This document shows, piece after piece, positions 25,342-35,630 of a DNA stretch of 41,460 nt (position 1 is its first letter; every line of letters begins with the position of its first letter). A model generated the notes under the pieces. It saw only the letters and a program-made list of their open reading frames with translations. It was not told the origin of the DNA and made no database searches. This stretch comes from Patescibacteria group bacterium. GTDB lineage: Bacteria > Patescibacteriota > Minisyncoccia > Phycocordibacterales > UBA9973. Both the position numbers and the translations under genes were made by a program. Location: contig JBDRFV010000019.1 in assembly GCA_043818335.1 (NCBI GenBank), forward strand, positions 1 to 41,460, given 5' to 3'.

Positions 25342-28300
25342 ATGCACAAAGAAACAAAACGTCCTAAGAAGTATTTTTCTAGATATAAGAAGCCGCTAAT
25401 AGAATTTCCTAATTTAATAGAGTCGCAATTAAAATCTTTTGAATGGTTAGTTGAATCTGGCATAAAAGAAGTTTTGAAAGAATTTTCTCCAATAGAAGAT
25501 TATTCTGGAAAAAAGTTTCAGCTTGATTTAACTTCTTTTTCTGTTGAAGAACCAAAGCATGATGAAAATTCTGCAAAAATAAATAAAACTTCTTATCAAG
25601 GACTTTTAAAAATTCGTGTAAAGCTAACAAATAAAATTTTAGGAACTGTTAAAGATCAGGAGATTTTTATGTCTGAACTTCCTTTAATGACTTCGCATGG
25701 AACTTTTATAATAAACGGAGTAGAACGTGTGATAGTTCCACAGCTTGCTCGTTCTTTCGGTGTATTTTTTACAGAGTCTGAAAATAAAGGAAAAAGATTT
25801 TTTGGCGCAAAAGTTATTCCAGCTCGTGGGGTTTGGATTGAAATAGAATCAGAAGCTGATGGTGCAATTTATGTTCGTATAGATAAAAAAAGAAAATTCC
25901 CAGTAATTTCTCTATTTCGTGCGATGGGATATTTAAAAGATGAAGAAATTTTAAAAGAATTTTCCGCCAAAGGCGGATCCGCCTCCGGTGGAAAAGGTAA
26001 TTATGAAGAAATAATAAATATATGTTTAGCTAAAGATTCTGCTAAAACTCCAGCAGATTCTTATGTTGAAATATATAAAAGATTAAGAGACGGTGATATG
26101 GCTACAGCAGACAATGCTAAGGAATTTATTAATTCTTTATTTACTTCAGAAAGATATGATTTATCTCCAGTTGGTAGATTTAGATTTAATAAAAGATTTG
26201 AGAAATCAATGGAAGAAGTTGAGTTAGCTCGTCGTACTATTTCTAAAGAAGATTTAGTTAGTATTATAAAAAACATTATTGATTCTAATAATAATCCAGA
26301 TACAAGAGCTGATGATATAGATCACTTGGGACAAAGAAGAGTTCGTTTTGTTGGAGAAATGCTTCAACAAAAAATCAGAACCGGAATTATGCAGATTAAA
26401 AGAAATATTCAAGATAGAATGTCTATTATTGATGTTGATACTGCAATGCCAATTCAGATTATTAATCAAAGACCATTGCAAGCAAGAATAAAAGAATTTT
26501 TTACTACAAATCAACTTTCGCAGTTTATGGCACAGGAAAATGTGCTTTATGAAATGGAACATTTAAGAACTCTTTCAGCTCTTGGGCCAGGAGGTTTAAC
26601 TCGTGAAAGAGCAGGTCTTGAAGTTCGTGACGTGCATCCTTCTCATTACGGAAGAGTTTGTCCAATTCATACTCCAGAAGGACCAAATATTGGACTTATT
26701 TTGCATTTGGCTACTTATGCGAAAATAAATGATTTTGGGATTATTGAAACGCCTTATGTAAAAGTAAAAAACGGTAAAATTACTGGAGAAGTTCAGTATT
26801 TAAATGCACTTGAAGAAGAAAAATATAATATTACTCATGCTGGTATCTCTTATGATAAAAATGGAAAAATAACAGACGAAAGAGTTCCAGCTAGAATAAA
26901 AACTGAACCTGGGATGATTTCTAAAGAAGAAGTTGATTTTATAGATGTTGCTGCTAATCAGGCATTTTCTATCGCAACTTCTATGATTCCGTTTTTAGAA
27001 CACAATGACGCGAATAGAGCATTGATGGGATCAAATATGCAGAAGCAAGCTGTTCCATGTGTTCTTACAGAGATGCCACTTGTTGCTACTGGAATGGAAG
27101 AACTTACAGCTCGTGATTCAGGAAGATTAGTAATTGCACAAGAAGATGGTGTTGTTTCTTATATAGACGCTAAAAAGATTATAGTAAAAGGTAAAAAAGA
27201 GAAAACCTATGATTTAATTAATTTTTTAAGAAATAATAATTTTTCTGCTTTTCATCAACGTCCAATTGTTAATATGGGTGATAAAATTAAAAAGGGAGAT
27301 GTGATAGCTGATACTTCAAGTACTGTGGATGGACAGATTTCTATTGGACAAAATGCTTTTGTTGCTTTTCTATCTTGGTCTGGATCTAATTATGAAGATG
27401 CTATTATTGTTTCTGAAAGACTAGTAAAAAACAGTAAATTTACTTCTATATATTTAGAAGAATTTATTTGTGCAGTTCGTGATACAAAACTTGGACCAGA
27501 AATTACTACTCGTGATATTCCAAATGTTGGAGAATTAAAATTAAAAGATTTAGATGAAGATGGAATAATCCGTATTGGAGCAGAAGTTAGAGAGAATGAT
27601 ATTTTAGTTGGTAAAATTACACCAAAAGGTGAAACAGAATTAACACCAGAAGAAAGATTACTCAGATCTATTTTTGCGGAAAAAGCTCGTGACGTAAAAG
27701 ATACTTCATTAAGAATGGAGCATGGAAAACGCGGGCGTATTATTGGTGTAAAGATTTTTTCTCGTGATTTGGGGCATAGCCTAGAAGTTGGAATTATTAA
27801 AAAAATTATTATAGAAGTTGCACAGATAAGAAATATTTCAGTTGGAGATAAATTGTCAGGACGTCATGGAAATAAAGGTGTTATCTCGACTGTTTTACCA
27901 GAAGAAGATATGCCATACATGGCAGATGGAACACCGATAGATATTATACTTTCACCACTTGGTGTGCCTTCTCGTATGAACTTGGGACAGATTTTAGAGA
28001 TACATTTGGGCTTGGCTGCTGAGAAATTAGGCTATCAAGCTATTGTGCCATCTTTCTTGGGTGCGACTCATGACGAGATAAAAGAAGAATTAAAGAAAGC
28101 TGGAGTTCCAGAAAACGGAAGAGTAAAACTTTTTGATGGAAGAACTGGAGAAGATTTTAAACAAGATGTTGCAGTTGGTTGTATGTATATGTTAAAACTT
28201 CACCATATGGTTGAAGATAAAATACATATGCGTTCTATTGGGCCATATTCTCTTATTACACAGCAACCGCTTGGAGGTAAAGCTCAAGGTGGAGGTCAGA

Positions 28301-28557
28301 GATTTGGAGAAATGGAAGTCTGGGCACTTGAAGGTTATGGTGCTGCTTATACTTTACGAGAAATGCTTACTATTAAGTCTGACGATATAATGGGTCGTTC
28401 TCAGACTTTTGATTCTATTATTAAGAATGAAACTATCAAGGCACCGAATTCCCCAGCATCTTTTAATGTGATGTTAAATTATTTGAGAGGTCTTGCTCTG
28501 GATGTTAAGTTAGAAAAAAATTCAGATAAAAATAGTGATAATAATTCTGAAAAATAA
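25342..28557 (+). CDS. rpoB: DNA-directed RNA polymerase subunit beta
   Basis: 1071 aa with GRHGNKGVIS, QRFGEMEVWALEGYGAAYTLREMLT and HPSHYGRVCPIHTPEGPNIGL. Confidence 0.97.
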   Translation: MHKETKRPKKYFSRYKKPLIEFPNLIESQLKSFEWLVESGIKEVLKEFSPIEDYSGKKFQLDLTSFSVEEPKHDENSAKINKTSYQGLLKIRVKLTNKILGTVKDQEIFMSELPLMTSHGTFIINGVERVIVPQLARSFGVFFTESENKGKRFFGAKVIPARGVWIEIESEADGAIYVRIDKKRKFPVISLFRAMGYLKDEEILKEFSAKGGSASGGKGNYEEIINICLAKDSAKTPADSYVEIYKRLRDGDMATADNAKEFINSLFTSERYDLSPVGRFRFNKRFEKSMEEVELARRTISKEDLVSIIKNIIDSNNNPDTRADDIDHLGQRRVRFVGEMLQQKIRTGIMQIKRNIQDRMSIIDVDTAMPIQIINQRPLQARIKEFFTTNQLSQFMAQENVLYEMEHLRTLSALGPGGLTRERAGLEVRDVHPSHYGRVCPIHTPEGPNIGLILHLATYAKINDFGIIETPYVKVKNGKITGEVQYLNALEEEKYNITHAGISYDKNGKITDERVPARIKTEPGMISKEEVDFIDVAANQAFSIATSMIPFLEHNDANRALMGSNMQKQAVPCVLTEMPLVATGMEELTARDSGRLVIAQEDGVVSYIDAKKIIVKGKKEKTYDLINFLRNNNFSAFHQRPIVNMGDKIKKGDVIADTSSTVDGQISIGQNAFVAFLSWSGSNYEDAIIVSERLVKNSKFTSIYLEEFICAVRDTKLGPEITTRDIPNVGELKLKDLDEDGIIRIGAEVRENDILVGKITPKGETELTPEERLLRSIFAEKARDVKDTSLRMEHGKRGRIIGVKIFSRDLGHSLEVGIIKKIIIEVAQIRNISVGDKLSGRHGNKGVISTVLPEEDMPYMADGTPIDIILSPLGVPSRMNLGQILEIHLGLAAEKLGYQAIVPSFLGATHDEIKEELKKAGVPENGRVKLFDGRTGEDFKQDVAVGCMYMLKLHHMVEDKIHMRSIGPYSLITQQPLGGKAQGGGQRFGEMEVWALEGYGAAYTLREMLTIKSDDIMGRSQTFDSIIKNETIKAPNSPASFNVMLNYLRGLALDVKLEKNSDKNSDNNSEK
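25964..25991. repeat. GC-rich double hairpin in frame in rpoB
   Basis: CCGCC-AAA-GGCGG AT CCGCC-TCC-GGTGG encodes ..AKGGSASGG.. in a variable loop. Confidence 0.5.
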
Positions 28558-28615
28558 TAATAAAATAATATTTAGAATTAAAAGTTAAAAGACTAAAATA
28601 AAAAATAAAAAATAT

Positions 28616-31600
28616 ATGAAGACTTTAAATATAACAGAATTTGATAAAATTACATTAAAACTTGCATCACCAGAGCAAATAAAAGAATGGTCATATGGTG
28701 AAGTTACAAAACCTGAAACTATAAATTACAGAACAGGACGTTCTGAAAGAGGCGGTCTTTTTGATGAAAAAATCTTTGGACCTGAAAAAGATTATGAGTG
28801 TTACTGCGGAAAATATAGAAGAATAAGATATAAAGATATTATTTGTGAAAAATGTGGAGTTGAAGTAACTCGATCTATTGTTAGACGTGAAAGAATGGGA
28901 CATATTGAGCTATCTACACCAGTTGCGCATATTTGGTTCCTAAGAGGCGTGCCATCAAGAATGAGCACTTTATTAAATATTTCTGTATCTGATTTAGAAA
29001 AAGTTATTTATTTCGCTGGATATATAGTTACAAAAGTTTTTGAAGAAGAAAAAGAAAAAATTCTTGAAAATTTAGAAAAGGAATATAAAAGTAAATTAAA
29101 AAATTGTGCAGATGATGATACTCGTGAAAAATTAAAGAATTTATTCTCAAGTACGAAAAAAGAAATTGGTGAAATATTTGAAGGAAAAGTTCTGAATGAA
29201 ATAATGTTTCATCATTATTCTTTAAAATATGGGACTTGTTTTGAAGCAAATATTGGGGCAGAAGCTATTAATTCTATTTTTAAGAATTTAGACTTAAATA
29301 AGCTTAAAATTCATACAGAAAAAATGCTTGAGAAAGCAAGTGTTGTAGATAAAGAAAAATTACAGAAAAGATTATCTTTAATTAGATCAATGATTTATGC
29401 AGATATTCGTCCAGAATGGATGTTTCTTACTGTAATTCCAGTTATCCCTCCAGTATTAAGGCCAATGGTTGCTCTTGATGGTGGTAGACATGCTACTTCT
29501 GATTTGAATGATTTATACAGAAGAGTAATAAACAGAAATAATAGATTAAAAAAATTAAAAGAAATAAATGCACCAGATGTTATTTTAAGAAATGAAAAAA
29601 GAATAATTCAAGAAGCAGTTGACGCTTTGATAGATAATTCTATTGCGAAACAAAATGACAGTGTCGCAATGAGTCAGTCTCAGAAGAGAGCACTTAAATC
29701 TCTTTCTGATAATTTAAAATCAAAGCAGGGTTTATTTAGACAGAATTTACTTGGTAAGCGTGTAGATTATTCTGGACGTTCTGTTATTGTTGTTGGTCCT
29801 GAATTAAAATTAAACCAATGTGGTTTACCAAAATTGATGGCGCTTGAACTTTTTAGACCTTTTATAATTTCTAAAATATTAGAAGCTGAATTAACTTTTA
29901 ATATTCGTGGGGCTAATAAGCTTATAGAAGAAAGAACACCGGAAGTTTGGGCAATACTTGAAGAAGTAATTAAAGGTAAATATGTTTTACTAAACAGAGC
30001 GCCTACATTGCATAGATTGGGTATTCAGGCATTTAATCCTATTTTAATTGAAGGAAATGCAATTCAAGTACATCCTTTGGTTTGTGCAGCTTTTAACGCA
30101 GACTTTGATGGAGACCAGATGGCTGTTTATGTTCCTTTGTCAGAAGAAGCACAGGATGAAGCTAAAAATTTAATGGCAGCAAATAAAAATTTACTTAAAC
30201 CACAAAACGGAGATCCGATAGTGCACCCAAGAATGGATATGGTTTTGGGGTCATATTGGATGACAAAATCAGTTGATGGTGAAGATGGAGAAGGAAAATA
30301 TTTTTCTAGTCCTAATGTTGCTATTACTGCTTATGAATTTGGAGTTATTTCCCTAAGAGCAAAAATAAAAGTTTTGGCAACTGATACTGTTAAATATAAA
30401 AAATATAGTGGTGAAATGTTTGAAACTTCAGTTGGAAAATTACTATTTAATAGTATTTTGCCAAATGATTTTGCTTTTACAAATGATGAGATGACAGGGA
30501 AAAGACTTTCTGCATTAGTGGATGAATTAATTATACATTACGGCATAGATGAGACTCCTTCTATTTTAGATAAAATAAAACAGTTTGGATTTAAATACGC
30601 AACTGTTTCTGGAACAACTTGGGGATTAGATAATATTAAAGTTCCAGAAGAGAAAATTAAAATAGTGGCAGATGGTAAAAAATTAGCAGAAGAAGTTGTT
30701 TCTCAATGGGAAGAAGGTCTTCTTTCTGAAGAAGAAAGATATCAGAAAGTTATTGAAATTTGGACTCAAGTTAAAAAACAAATAGAAAAAGTTTTACCAA
30801 AAACGCTTGATAAAAATGGTTCTACTTATGATTTATTTACTTCAGAAGCGAGAGGTTCTATGGGTCAACTTATCCAGATGACTGGAATGAAAGGTTTAAT
30901 TCAAAATAATCAAGGTATAGTATTGGAATTTCCGATTATTCCTTGTTATTTAGAAGGTCTTTCTCCAATTGAATATTTCGTTACTACTCACGGTGCACGT
31001 AAGGGAGCATCTGATACGGCACTGAATACAGCAAAAGCTGGTTATCTAACAAGAAGACTGGTTGATGTTGCTCAGGATGTCGTTGTAACTGAAGAAGATT
31101 GTGGAACAAAAGATGGTAAAATAGTTAGAAAAGAAAATGTTTCTGGTGTTGAAATTTCTCTTTCAAAAAATATAAGAGGAAGAGTCTTGGCTAGTGATCT
31201 TAAAGATAAAGACGGTAAAGTACTTTATAAAAAAGGATTTTTAGTTACAAAAGAAGAAGCATGTATAATAGAGGGAATTGGTTTTGACGAAGTTTTTGTT
31301 AGATCTCCACTTACTTGTAAAACTATTCATGGTATTTGTCAGAAATGTTACGGTTTAGATTTAGGTAGAAATAATTTAGTTAAACTTGGTGAAGCTGTTG
31401 GAATTATTGCGGCTCAGGCTATTGGTGAACCAGGAACTCAGCTTACACTTAGAACTTTCCATGCTGGAGGTGTTGCTGGTACAGACATAACTACAGGTCT
31501 TCCCCGTGTTGAGGAAATTTTTGAAAGAAGAATTCCAAAAAATCCAGCAATTATTTCTCAAACAGATGGAGAAGTTATTGAAATAAAAAATAAAGATGAA

Positions 31601-32227
31601 AAAGAAACTCTTATAAAAGTTTTATCAGATTCAAAAGTAGATGGAAAAAAGAATGAAATAGAATATATTGCACCATTTCGCAGAACACCGATAGTTAAAG
31701 TTGGTGAGAAAGTAATAAAAGGAAAATTATTAACAGATGGATCTGCTGACATTGCCGAAATTTTTAAACACGGAGGAAAAGAAATGGCAGAAGAATATAT
31801 TATTAGAGAAATAAATAAAGTTTATGAACTTCAGAGTGCTTCTATTTCAAGAAAACATATAGAAATTATTGTTAGACAGATGTTTTCAAGAAGAAAAATA
31901 AAAGATTCTGGGGAAACTAATTTTTCTACTGGAGATATAGTTGAAAATTCTGCACTTCTTGATGAGAATTTAAGAATAGTTGGCATAAATAAAAAAGAAG
32001 CAAAAGTCGATGTTGTTGCGCTTGGAATAACAGAAGTATCTCTTAGAACTAAAAGTTGGTTGTCTGCTGCTTCTTTTCAAAATACGAACAGAGTTCTTAT
32101 TGAAAATGCTATTAAAGGCGGTGTTGATACATTAAGAGGATTAAAAGAAAATGTTATTATAGGCCGATTAATTCCAGCTGGAACTGGTTTCGTTCAAAAG
32201 GAAAATATTCCAGTTGCAGAAGAATAA
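28616..32227 (+). CDS. rpoC: DNA-directed RNA polymerase subunit beta'
   Basis: 1203 aa with an N-terminal Zn site (CYCGKYRRIRYKDIICEKCGVEV), the catalytic NADFDGDQM and RAPTLHRLGIQAF. Confidence 0.97.
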   Translation: MKTLNITEFDKITLKLASPEQIKEWSYGEVTKPETINYRTGRSERGGLFDEKIFGPEKDYECYCGKYRRIRYKDIICEKCGVEVTRSIVRRERMGHIELSTPVAHIWFLRGVPSRMSTLLNISVSDLEKVIYFAGYIVTKVFEEEKEKILENLEKEYKSKLKNCADDDTREKLKNLFSSTKKEIGEIFEGKVLNEIMFHHYSLKYGTCFEANIGAEAINSIFKNLDLNKLKIHTEKMLEKASVVDKEKLQKRLSLIRSMIYADIRPEWMFLTVIPVIPPVLRPMVALDGGRHATSDLNDLYRRVINRNNRLKKLKEINAPDVILRNEKRIIQEAVDALIDNSIAKQNDSVAMSQSQKRALKSLSDNLKSKQGLFRQNLLGKRVDYSGRSVIVVGPELKLNQCGLPKLMALELFRPFIISKILEAELTFNIRGANKLIEERTPEVWAILEEVIKGKYVLLNRAPTLHRLGIQAFNPILIEGNAIQVHPLVCAAFNADFDGDQMAVYVPLSEEAQDEAKNLMAANKNLLKPQNGDPIVHPRMDMVLGSYWMTKSVDGEDGEGKYFSSPNVAITAYEFGVISLRAKIKVLATDTVKYKKYSGEMFETSVGKLLFNSILPNDFAFTNDEMTGKRLSALVDELIIHYGIDETPSILDKIKQFGFKYATVSGTTWGLDNIKVPEEKIKIVADGKKLAEEVVSQWEEGLLSEEERYQKVIEIWTQVKKQIEKVLPKTLDKNGSTYDLFTSEARGSMGQLIQMTGMKGLIQNNQGIVLEFPIIPCYLEGLSPIEYFVTTHGARKGASDTALNTAKAGYLTRRLVDVAQDVVVTEEDCGTKDGKIVRKENVSGVEISLSKNIRGRVLASDLKDKDGKVLYKKGFLVTKEEACIIEGIGFDEVFVRSPLTCKTIHGICQKCYGLDLGRNNLVKLGEAVGIIAAQAIGEPGTQLTLRTFHAGGVAGTDITTGLPRVEEIFERRIPKNPAIISQTDGEVIEIKNKDEKETLIKVLSDSKVDGKKNEIEYIAPFRRTPIVKVGEKVIKGKLLTDGSADIAEIFKHGGKEMAEEYIIREINKVYELQSASISRKHIEIIVRQMFSRRKIKDSGETNFSTGDIVENSALLDENLRIVGINKKEAKVDVVALGITEVSLRTKSWLSAASFQNTNRVLIENAIKGGVDTLRGLKENVIIGRLIPAGTGFVQKENIPVAEE

Positions 32228-32237
32228 AAAAATAATT

Positions 32238-34019
32238 ATGAACTCTCCCGTTCAAAAAATTAAGGAGAGGCTGTCAATTCAAGAAGTTGTCTCTTCGTAT
32301 ATAAAATTAGAAAAAGCTGGATCTAATTTAAAAGCTAGATGTCCTTTTCACAATGAAAAGACACCGTCTTTTTTCGTGTCAGTAGATAGAGGGAATTATT
32401 ATTGTTTTGGTTGTGGAGCGAAAGGAGACATATTTACTTTTGTAGAAGAATTTGAAGGATTGGATTTTCGAGGAGCGCTTAAATTGCTTGCTGAAAGAGC
32501 GGGAGTAATTTTGGAATCTTATAATCCAAAAGAAGGCGAATTAGTTTTTTCGGAAAAAGAAAAATTATATAGAGTAATGGAAGAAGCTACTAAGTATTAC
32601 ACTAATAATTTAGCCGAAAATAAAGAAGTTTTGGATTATCTTAAAACTAGGGGATTAGAAGATAAAACCATAAAAGATTTTAGAATAGGTTTTGCCTTAC
32701 TTGACTGGAGAACATTATTTGATTATTTAAAATCTAAAAATTTTTCTGATAAAGAAATTGAACTTGCAGGTCTTGTAAAAAAACCTGATGATGCAAATAA
32801 GGCAATGTATGATAGATTCAGAGGAAGAATTATGTTTCCAATTTCTGATTCCAGTGGACGTGTTGTTGCTTTTTCAGGAAGAATTTTTATAGATGATGAA
32901 AAGTCAGCAAAATATTTAAACAGCCCTGATACTCCTATTTTTAATAAATCTTCTGTGCTTTTTGGTTTAGATAAAGCAAAAGAATCTATTCGAAAGAATA
33001 ATTTTTCTATTTTAGTAGAAGGTCAGTTTGATTTAATGTTATCGCATCAGGCTGGATTTAGGAATACTATTGCGACTTCTGGTACTGCGTTAGTTGGTTC
33101 TGATAGATCAAAAGATAATATAATAAACAATCTCGGTGTTGTTAGTCGTTTATCTCAAAATATTATATTTATTTTTGATTCTGATAAAGCTGGTTTTAAT
33201 GCTTCTTTACGTGCGACACCAATTGCACTTGCTTTATTTTCCGATATGAATGTAAAAGCTACACAAGTTCCTGATGGTATGGATCCAGCTGATTTAATTT
33301 CTCAAAAAGGCATTGATGCTTGGCGTGAAGTTATAAGAGATTCAAAGCACATTATTGAATTTCTTGTAGATAAATATGTTTTAATTAATAAAGATAATGA
33401 TATTCTTAAAACTAAATTAGAGATAGATAGTAAAGTGATACCATATATTTCTTTTATAAATAATCCTGTTAAAAAATCTCATTTTATATCTTTAGTGTCA
33501 AATAAATCTGGAATAAGTGAAGATGATATAAGAGCCAATTTAAAAAAGGTAGAACAAGAGTTAAAATATGAAAAAGAAGAAATTAAAGAAGCAAAAAAAA
33601 TAGAAAGTATTTTATTTAAAAAAGATTACATAGAACGTAGATTATTGGGAATAATATTTTGGCAAAATACATTAGGAGACAAGAAGAAGAAGATAAATGC
33701 TGATAAATTACAGACTGAAGTTTTAGAAATTTTAGGCATGACAGAAGTAGAAGTTAATAATAAATTAAAAGATTCGATAGAAGATTTAATTTTTGAAGCA
33801 GAGGTTTTTTATGGAGAAGATGTTAATCTGGAAAAAGAAATTATAGAATTAATTTTTAATTTAAAAGAAGAATGTTTAAAAGAAAGTTTATCAAGAAAAA
33901 TGCAGGAATTACGAATTTTAGAAGAACAAAAAGATAATATATTAGTTACTAAAATTCTAGAAGAAATTAATATTATTAACAATAAGATTCATGAAATTAA
34001 AAATAAGCGTTTAAAATAG
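32238..34019 (+). CDS. dnaG: DNA primase
   Basis: It has a CHC2 zinc finger (CPFHNEKTPSFFV..CFGC) and Toprim motifs (EGQFDLM, DSDKAG). ATG 32238 is preferred over the ATG at 32214, which overlaps rpoC. Confidence 0.9.
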   Translation: MNSPVQKIKERLSIQEVVSSYIKLEKAGSNLKARCPFHNEKTPSFFVSVDRGNYYCFGCGAKGDIFTFVEEFEGLDFRGALKLLAERAGVILESYNPKEGELVFSEKEKLYRVMEEATKYYTNNLAENKEVLDYLKTRGLEDKTIKDFRIGFALLDWRTLFDYLKSKNFSDKEIELAGLVKKPDDANKAMYDRFRGRIMFPISDSSGRVVAFSGRIFIDDEKSAKYLNSPDTPIFNKSSVLFGLDKAKESIRKNNFSILVEGQFDLMLSHQAGFRNTIATSGTALVGSDRSKDNIINNLGVVSRLSQNIIFIFDSDKAGFNASLRATPIALALFSDMNVKATQVPDGMDPADLISQKGIDAWREVIRDSKHIIEFLVDKYVLINKDNDILKTKLEIDSKVIPYISFINNPVKKSHFISLVSNKSGISEDDIRANLKKVEQELKYEKEEIKEAKKIESILFKKDYIERRLLGIIFWQNTLGDKKKKINADKLQTEVLEILGMTEVEVNNKLKDSIEDLIFEAEVFYGEDVNLEKEIIELIFNLKEECLKESLSRKMQELRILEEQKDNILVTKILEEINIINNKIHEIKNKRLK

Positions 34020-34025
34020 AAATAT

Positions 34026-35300
34026 ATGAAAAACAAAAAGAATAAAAAAAATAAGAAACTTAAAAAACCTTTAAAAATAAAGGGCAAAAAGGCTAAAAAA
34101 GTTGTTATAAAAAAAAGTAAAAAGAAGTTAAAAGTTTCTAAAAAAGCAAAAAAGAAAATAAAGAAAATTAAAAAAAGTATAAAATTAGCTAAATCTAAAA
34201 AAAAGAAAGTTAAGAAACTTACTGCCAGTCAAAAAAAGGCGCAAGAGTTAGAGCGGATTTCAGATGAACTTATAGCAAAAGGAAGAAAAAGAGGATTTAT
34301 TACATATGATGAAATATTAAAAACTTTTCCAAATATAGAAAATGATATTTTATTTTTAGATGATCTTTATGAAAAATTTTCAGTTGCTGGTATTGATGTT
34401 TTAGAAGGAGGAAATTTACTTAATTTAGATGCTGGGTTGGATGAAAAAGAATTATTAAAATCTGGAATACACGATTCTATACAGATGTATTTGAAAGAAA
34501 TTGGGCAATATCCACTTATTTATGCAGCTGATGAAAAAGAATTAGCTAAAAGAATTGAAAAAGGAGATGAAGAAGCAAAAAATTTATTAGCTCGAGCTAA
34601 CTTAAGACTTGTTGTTTCTATTGCCAAAAAATATGTTGGCAGAAGTGCAGATTTAACTTTATTAGATTTAATTCAGGAAGGGAACCTTGGTTTGTTTAAA
34701 GCAGTTGAAAAATTTGATTGGACAAAAGGATATAAATTTTCTACATATGCGACTTGGTGGATTAGACAGTCTATTACTCGTGCATTGGCAGATCAATCTA
34801 GAACTATTAGAATTCCGGTGCATATGGTTGAAACTATTTCTAAATATAAACAGACACATAGAAGATTAAGTCAGGATTTGGGAAGAGAGCCATTGGCAGA
34901 AGAAATCGCTACAGAAATGGGACTTCCTATTGAAAAAATTCATGTGATAGAAAATATTAGTCAAGAGACTATTTCTTTAGAACAGCCTGTTGGAAGTGAT
35001 GATGATAAATCTACATTAGAAAACTTTATTCCAGATGATAAAATCTTACGTCCCGACCAAGAATCTTCAAGAAGAATACTTTCTGATCAAATTCGCTCTG
35101 TATTGGATGAGCTTAATCCAAAAGAAAGAAAGATATTAGAAATGCGTTACGGTCTTATAGATGGTATACAGCATACATTGGAAAGAGTAGGGGAGGAATT
35201 TGGAGTTACACGTGAGCGTATTCGTCAAATTGAGGCAAAAGTTCATGAAAAACTTAGACAACATGAGAAGATTTCTAGACTTAAGAACTATTTTGACTAA
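34026..35300 (+). CDS. rpoD: primary sigma-70 factor with about 75-aa poly-Lys N-terminal extension
   Basis: Region 2 is [39 protein letters not shown]. Region 4.2 is [22 protein letters not shown]. Confidence 0.9.
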   Translation: MKNKKNKKNKKLKKPLKIKGKKAKKVVIKKSKKKLKVSKKAKKKIKKIKKSIKLAKSKKKKVKKLTASQKKAQELERISDELIAKGRKRGFITYDEILKTFPNIENDILFLDDLYEKFSVAGIDVLEGGNLLNLDAGLDEKELLKSGIHDSIQMYLKEIGQYPLIYAADEKELAKRIEKGDEEAKNLLARANLRLVVSIAKKYVGRSADLTLLDLIQEGNLGLFKAVEKFDWTKGYKFSTYATWWIRQSITRALADQSRTIRIPVHMVETISKYKQTHRRLSQDLGREPLAEEIATEMGLPIEKIHVIENISQETISLEQPVGSDDDKSTLENFIPDDKILRPDQESSRRILSDQIRSVLDELNPKERKILEMRYGLIDGIQHTLERVGEEFGVTRERIRQIEAKVHEKLRQHEKISRLKNYFD

Positions 35301-35309
35301 TAAGTTTTG

Positions 35310-35318
35310 TGCTATAAT
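35310..35318 (+). promoter_or_regulatory. putative extended -10 promoter
   Basis: TGcTATAAT lies 10 nt after the rpoD stop. Confidence 0.4.
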
Positions 35319-35394
35319 TAATATATAATATAACCTGATTGGGGTCGTTAAGTTGGGGATTATAAAAAATAATATAATATAATAAAATAAAAAT

Positions 35395-35556
35395 ATGTGT
35401 AAAGATTCTAAATGTGCTGAAGAAAAAAAAAGTTGTGGTTTTTTTAAAAAACTTTTTGGTTGTAAGTGTGAAAAAGATAAATCATGCTGTGGAGGAGGAG
35501 AAAAAAAAGAAAATCCAGCTCCAGAAAATCCAACTGAAGAAAAAGTAAATATGTAA
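35395..35556 (+). CDS. 53-aa Cys-rich, Lys/Glu-rich small protein (not in ORF track)
   Basis: Hand translation gives MCKDSKCAEEKKSCGFFKKLFGCKCEKDKSCCGGGEKKENPAPENPTEEKVNM (7 Cys). It is bracketed by a promoter-like motif and a strong terminator. Confidence 0.5.
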   Translation: MCKDSKCAEEKKSCGFFKKLFGCKCEKDKSCCGGGEKKENPAPENPTEEKVNM

Positions 35557-35563
35557 ATATTTT

Positions 35564-35598
35564 CAAACCCCTGTAGAAATATAGGGGTTTGCTTTTTT
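35564..35598 (+). terminator. rho-independent terminator
   Basis: CAAACCCCT-GTAGAAATAT-AGGGGTTTG is followed by CTTTTTT. Confidence 0.85.
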
Positions 35599-35630
35599 GC
35601 TTTGATATGTTATAGTTTGTCGTATAAAAT

